64,000 bases of DNA from a candidate division WOR-3 bacterium (GTDB lineage Bacteria > Hydrothermota > Tepidihabitantia > Tepidihabitantales > Tepidihabitantaceae). The notes under the pieces were generated by a model. The model did not search any database. It saw only the letters and a list, made by a program, of their open reading frames with translations, and was not told the origin of the DNA. Made by a program: the position numbers and the translations under genes. The DNA lies in the NCBI GenBank assembly GCA_037441285.1, contig JBBISL010000004.1:32001-96000 (forward strand), in the 5' to 3' direction. Below, piece by piece: positions 60,597 through 64,000 of the stretch; position 1 is the first letter of the stretch; each line of letters starts with the position of its first letter.

Positions 60597-62588
60597 GTGA
60601 TGACGACATTCAAAGCTCCGGCTTCCAACAAAAAAAGCCCCTCAATACTCATCGTTGACGACGAATTAGATTTTGCCAATACCATCAGCGACATCCTCTT
60701 CGCAAAAGGCTATCAAACACTTGTCGCCAGTTCAGGCTGGGAGGCAATGAGTCTATTGGAGCAAACCACTCCGGATGTGGTTCTGGTTGACCTGCAACTT
60801 CCCGACACCAATGGCATCAACCTGCTGCCCGAAATCAAAAAGTATGCCCCGAATGCCGAAGTCGTCATCTTGACGGGCCATGCCACCCTCGAAACGGCAA
60901 TTCAGGCTTTGCATCAAGGCGCCTTCGGCTACCTGCGCAAACCATGTTCAACCGACCGGTTGTTTCTTACGCTGGAAAATGCCCTGCTCCGGCAACAGAA
61001 CACTAACAACTCACCCATTACCCTGGGCGAACTCCTCTTCCACGCTGCGCTTCCGGCGTTCACCTTTGACCCGGAAGATGGCACAATTCTAAACTTCAAC
61101 CCAGCATTTGATAAGTTAACAGAAACATCAACCACCCCTGCCGCAGCACGCAGTCTTTTATTTCTCCTGAACGAGAAACAACTCGCCACCTTTCTTAACA
61201 CCCTAAAATCCGCCACCAGCGCAATAGCATTAGTAAAAATCAAATTCCGCGAACTTACTCGTCATTACCGGCTGTTCTCCTTTCTAACCCCGAAAAATCC
61301 CAACCGGGCACTGGGCGTAATGATTGATATCACCGACCAGTACCAAGCCGAGGTCGCCGCCCAACGCCGCTCCGAATACTTTCAGAGTATTTGGGAAAAC
61401 CTCGCCACCGGCGTGGCGATAATCGATAGCGATTACACCATCCAACAGGTAAACCCCTGCTTTGCCCGCTTTTACGGGACAGACCCGGAGACGCTGATTG
61501 GAAAGAAATGCCACACCGTCATTCATGGTTTTTCCCGACCCTGCCACCAGTACGGTGAAACCTGCCCGATTGTCAATGTCCTGGCATCCGGAACAACCTT
61601 TCGGATAAATCATCGGCACCAAAAACCTGATGGCGCAGTGCGCTACTTTGAAACAACCATCGCTCCGTTACACGATGAAACCAATACGATTGTCGCCTTT
61701 CTGATGATTCATAACGACTTCACCGAGATGAAACTTGCCCAGGAGGAATCTGAGCAGAAAAGTCAAGAACTGGCGGAGTTAAATGAAGAGTTGCGCTTAC
61801 AAACTGAAGAACTCAAAAAGGCTAACTTTGAACTACTTCGTCTCAGTACCGCCAAAGACGAATTTATCTCCGTCGTCTCGCACGAACTGCGCACTCCGCT
61901 CACCGTCATCGCCGAGGTGTTAAACCTGCTGCAGGACGGTTCGGCCGGAGCACTATCGGAAAAACAAAATCAACTGATAGCAGTGGCAAACCGAAACTGT
62001 TCCCGGCTCACCGGTTTGATCAATGACATCCTTGATATGTCAAAACTTGAAGCCGATAAAATAAATGTCCATCCCACAAAATTCGACATCTGTACACTGA
62101 TAGAAGAGGTCAAAAAGTCGCTATTACCTGCCGCCGCCGAAAAAGGACTTACACTTGAAACTACGACACCAGCCGCACCGGTAATCGTCTACGCCGACGA
62201 AAAACACATCCACCGTGTTTTGATAAACCTTGTAGGAAACGCAATAAAGTTTACCGAACAGGGTGGAGTTACCATTGCCGTTGAGCAGAAGGAAAACGAG
62301 GCTCTTATCTCGGTAAGTGACACCGGGATTGGCATTCCGGAATCCGAACAATCCTGCGTCTTTGACAAGTTCTACCAGGCGCACCACTGCACCGGGTTAC
62401 GGGTTCCGGGCACCGGTCTCGGACTGGCAATTACCAAAAAACTGCTGGAACTGAACCATAGCACCATCGGACTGGAAAGCAAACCTAATGCCGGCTCCAG
62501 ATTTTATTTCCCATTGCCGCTAATTAAGTTAGACAAATCAATAGAAGAAAATAAAGATGTTGAGGTTAACGATGGCTCCAGCAATTGA
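60597..62588 (+). CDS. Cytoplasmic hybrid histidine kinase (REC-PAS-PAS-HisKA-HATPase)
   Basis: ILIVDDE, VDLQLPD, IGKKCH PAS, SHELRTPL, NLVGNAIKFT, DTGIGI, GTGLGL. Confidence 0.92.
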   Translation: MMTTFKAPASNKKSPSILIVDDELDFANTISDILFAKGYQTLVASSGWEAMSLLEQTTPDVVLVDLQLPDTNGINLLPEIKKYAPNAEVVILTGHATLETAIQALHQGAFGYLRKPCSTDRLFLTLENALLRQQNTNNSPITLGELLFHAALPAFTFDPEDGTILNFNPAFDKLTETSTTPAAARSLLFLLNEKQLATFLNTLKSATSAIALVKIKFRELTRHYRLFSFLTPKNPNRALGVMIDITDQYQAEVAAQRRSEYFQSIWENLATGVAIIDSDYTIQQVNPCFARFYGTDPETLIGKKCHTVIHGFSRPCHQYGETCPIVNVLASGTTFRINHRHQKPDGAVRYFETTIAPLHDETNTIVAFLMIHNDFTEMKLAQEESEQKSQELAELNEELRLQTEELKKANFELLRLSTAKDEFISVVSHELRTPLTVIAEVLNLLQDGSAGALSEKQNQLIAVANRNCSRLTGLINDILDMSKLEADKINVHPTKFDICTLIEEVKKSLLPAAAEKGLTLETTTPAAPVIVYADEKHIHRVLINLVGNAIKFTEQGGVTIAVEQKENEALISVSDTGIGIPESEQSCVFDKFYQAHHCTGLRVPGTGLGLAITKKLLELNHSTIGLESKPNAGSRFYFPLPLIKLDKSIEENKDVEVNDGSSN

Positions 62589-62991
62589 AAGAAATAAAAC
62601 AGTACTCGTGGTTGACGATGAACCGGATATCAGACTGATTCTCCAAGCCCGGTTAGAAGCAGCCGGCTACCGGGTTGAAACCGCAGGCAATGGTCTCGAA
62701 GCGTTAAATCGCATCCGAACCCAGCCCCCAGACTTGGTAATTCTCGACCTGATGCTACCCGGAATGGATGGTTTTGCCGTGTGCGCAATGCTGAAGCGTG
62801 ACCAGCGTTTCAGTCACATTCCTATTGTCATCCTCTCTGCCCGCTCGCAGGTGCAGGACAAAAAAACCGGTGCCAGTCTTGGAGCTGACGCCTATATAAC
62901 AAAACCATTCCAACCCCAGGAGTTGCTTAGCACCATTGAACAACTCATTGAGCAACGAACCCCGGCGGCTCCTGAACCAGGCACTGATTAA
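62572..62991 (+). CDS. Single-domain response regulator
   Basis: VLVVDDE, LDLMLPGMDG, LSA, GADAYITKPF. Confidence 0.92.
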   Translation: MAPAIERNKTVLVVDDEPDIRLILQARLEAAGYRVETAGNGLEALNRIRTQPPDLVILDLMLPGMDGFAVCAMLKRDQRFSHIPIVILSARSQVQDKKTGASLGADAYITKPFQPQELLSTIEQLIEQRTPAAPEPGTD

Positions 62992-62993
62992 CA

Positions 62994-64000
62994 ATGAACG
63001 AAACAAGACTGCTTAAAATTCTACACCAGCAGTTCGGGCTTAATGACCAGATGTTAAACGAAATAAAAAAGGAGGCAATGCACACCGGGCAAAGCCTCGA
63101 GGAAGTTGCCCTGCGTCGCGGGGTTATTCCCAACCGAACAGCACTTTACGAATCTTATGCCAACGAATTAAACATCCCTTATATCGACCTTGACCATTAC
63201 ACCCCGGACCCTCAGGCAATCGCCGTGGTTCCGGCAGAACTGGCACGCAAGTTTAAAATTATGCCCCTGTTACAGCTGAACAGCACCCTGATTATCGCCA
63301 CCGCAACCCCCGAAGACATCGCCTTACTTGACGAACTCAATCGGCAACTCCATCTCGAAATAAACCCGGCACTGACGCCACCGGAAGCAATTGAACAGGC
63401 AATTGAACGGTACTATCCGCCGGAAACACCCCAGCCCCAGATCGACACCGAACTGATTGACCTTGAAGCCGAAGAGGCACTAAACAGTTATCGCCTTGAC
63501 CAGGAGACCACCTGCCTTGAAGAACTGGCGAATCAGGCACCGGTTGTTCGATTTGTCAATGCATTGCTTGAACAGTCTCTTGCCGAGCATGGCTCGGACA
63601 TCCATATTGAACCCGAAGAAGATGCCCTGATTATCAGAGTCCGAATTGATGGCTTGCTGCAGGAAAGGGGCAGATTTTCCCTCAACCTCCATCCCCTTGT
63701 TACCTCCCGGATAAAACTGCTTGCCGGAATGGACATCTCGGAAAAACGGAAACCCCAGGATGGCCAGATGGAGTTCAGAACCAACTCCCACCGGGTTGAC
63801 ATCCGTGTTTCATCGTTCCCGACGATTTATGGCGAGAATTTGGTTCTCCGTTTACTCGACAAATCAAGTGGACCTTTATCGCTCACCGACCTGGGAATGG
63901 AAGGAACGATGGTTCAACTGTTTCAAAAGTTGATTCATCTACCGCACGGAATCATACTTGTCACCGGACCAACCGGTTCTGGAAAAAGTACCACCCTCTA
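62994..64000 (+). CDS. GspE/PilB-family secretion ATPase (runs off window)
   Basis: Open frame from ATG 62994: N-terminal domain, APVVRFVN, SDIHIEP, RIDG, EKRKPQDG, Walker A TGPTGSGKSTTL. Confidence 0.93.
   Translation, partial: MNETRLLKILHQQFGLNDQMLNEIKKEAMHTGQSLEEVALRRGVIPNRTALYESYANELNIPYIDLDHYTPDPQAIAVVPAELARKFKIMPLLQLNSTLIIATATPEDIALLDELNRQLHLEINPALTPPEAIEQAIERYYPPETPQPQIDTELIDLEAEEALNSYRLDQETTCLEELANQAPVVRFVNALLEQSLAEHGSDIHIEPEEDALIIRVRIDGLLQERGRFSLNLHPLVTSRIKLLAGMDISEKRKPQDGQMEFRTNSHRVDIRVSSFPTIYGENLVLRLLDKSSGPLSLTDLGMEGTMVQLFQKLIHLPHGIILVTGPTGSGKSTTL

Noticed and set aside
1..64000. CRISPR array, transposase, integrase or prophage
   Set aside because: No regularly spaced direct repeats, no recombinase or phage motifs, and no duplicated tRNA 3' ends seen

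Overview
64 kb of compact, mostly housekeeping chromosome from a diderm anaerobic bacterium. The T9SS-type C-terminal sorting domain, PorV-like and FlgD-Ig proteins and the Kelch-propeller style suggest an FCB-related candidate lineage such as WOR-3; this is inference. It holds about 52 CDS: DUF523/DUF1722-uvsE, rnfCDGEAB, folK-dck-panBC, nnr, gyrA, a MarR-MMPL-LolA-like-beta-barrel module, glyA-eno-ftsB, trmI plus a Btu/Fec-type ABC transporter, an envelope operon, nusA-infB, an Omp85 operon, miaB-lapAB-mutS, and a terminal GNAT-SLBB-HK-RR-PilB/GspE operon cut by the window edge. There are three tRNAs. I found no CRISPR array, integrase or transposase. The most unusual signals are regulatory. 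(1) 17 of 22 sigma70-type promoters I could read have a 16-bp rather than 17-bp spacer. (2) About 11 genes look leaderless, with the start codon 5-8 nt after the -10 box. (3) A sigma54 promoter with an IHF site and an 18-bp G-U-containing leader hairpin heads the terminal operon. (4) A multi-palindrome intergenic element lies at 52.95-53.09 kb. (5) Two genes may use non-canonical start codons. (6) A foldase appears to have parvulin-like domains nested inside another parvulin domain. All calls come from manual motif reading; no searches were run.
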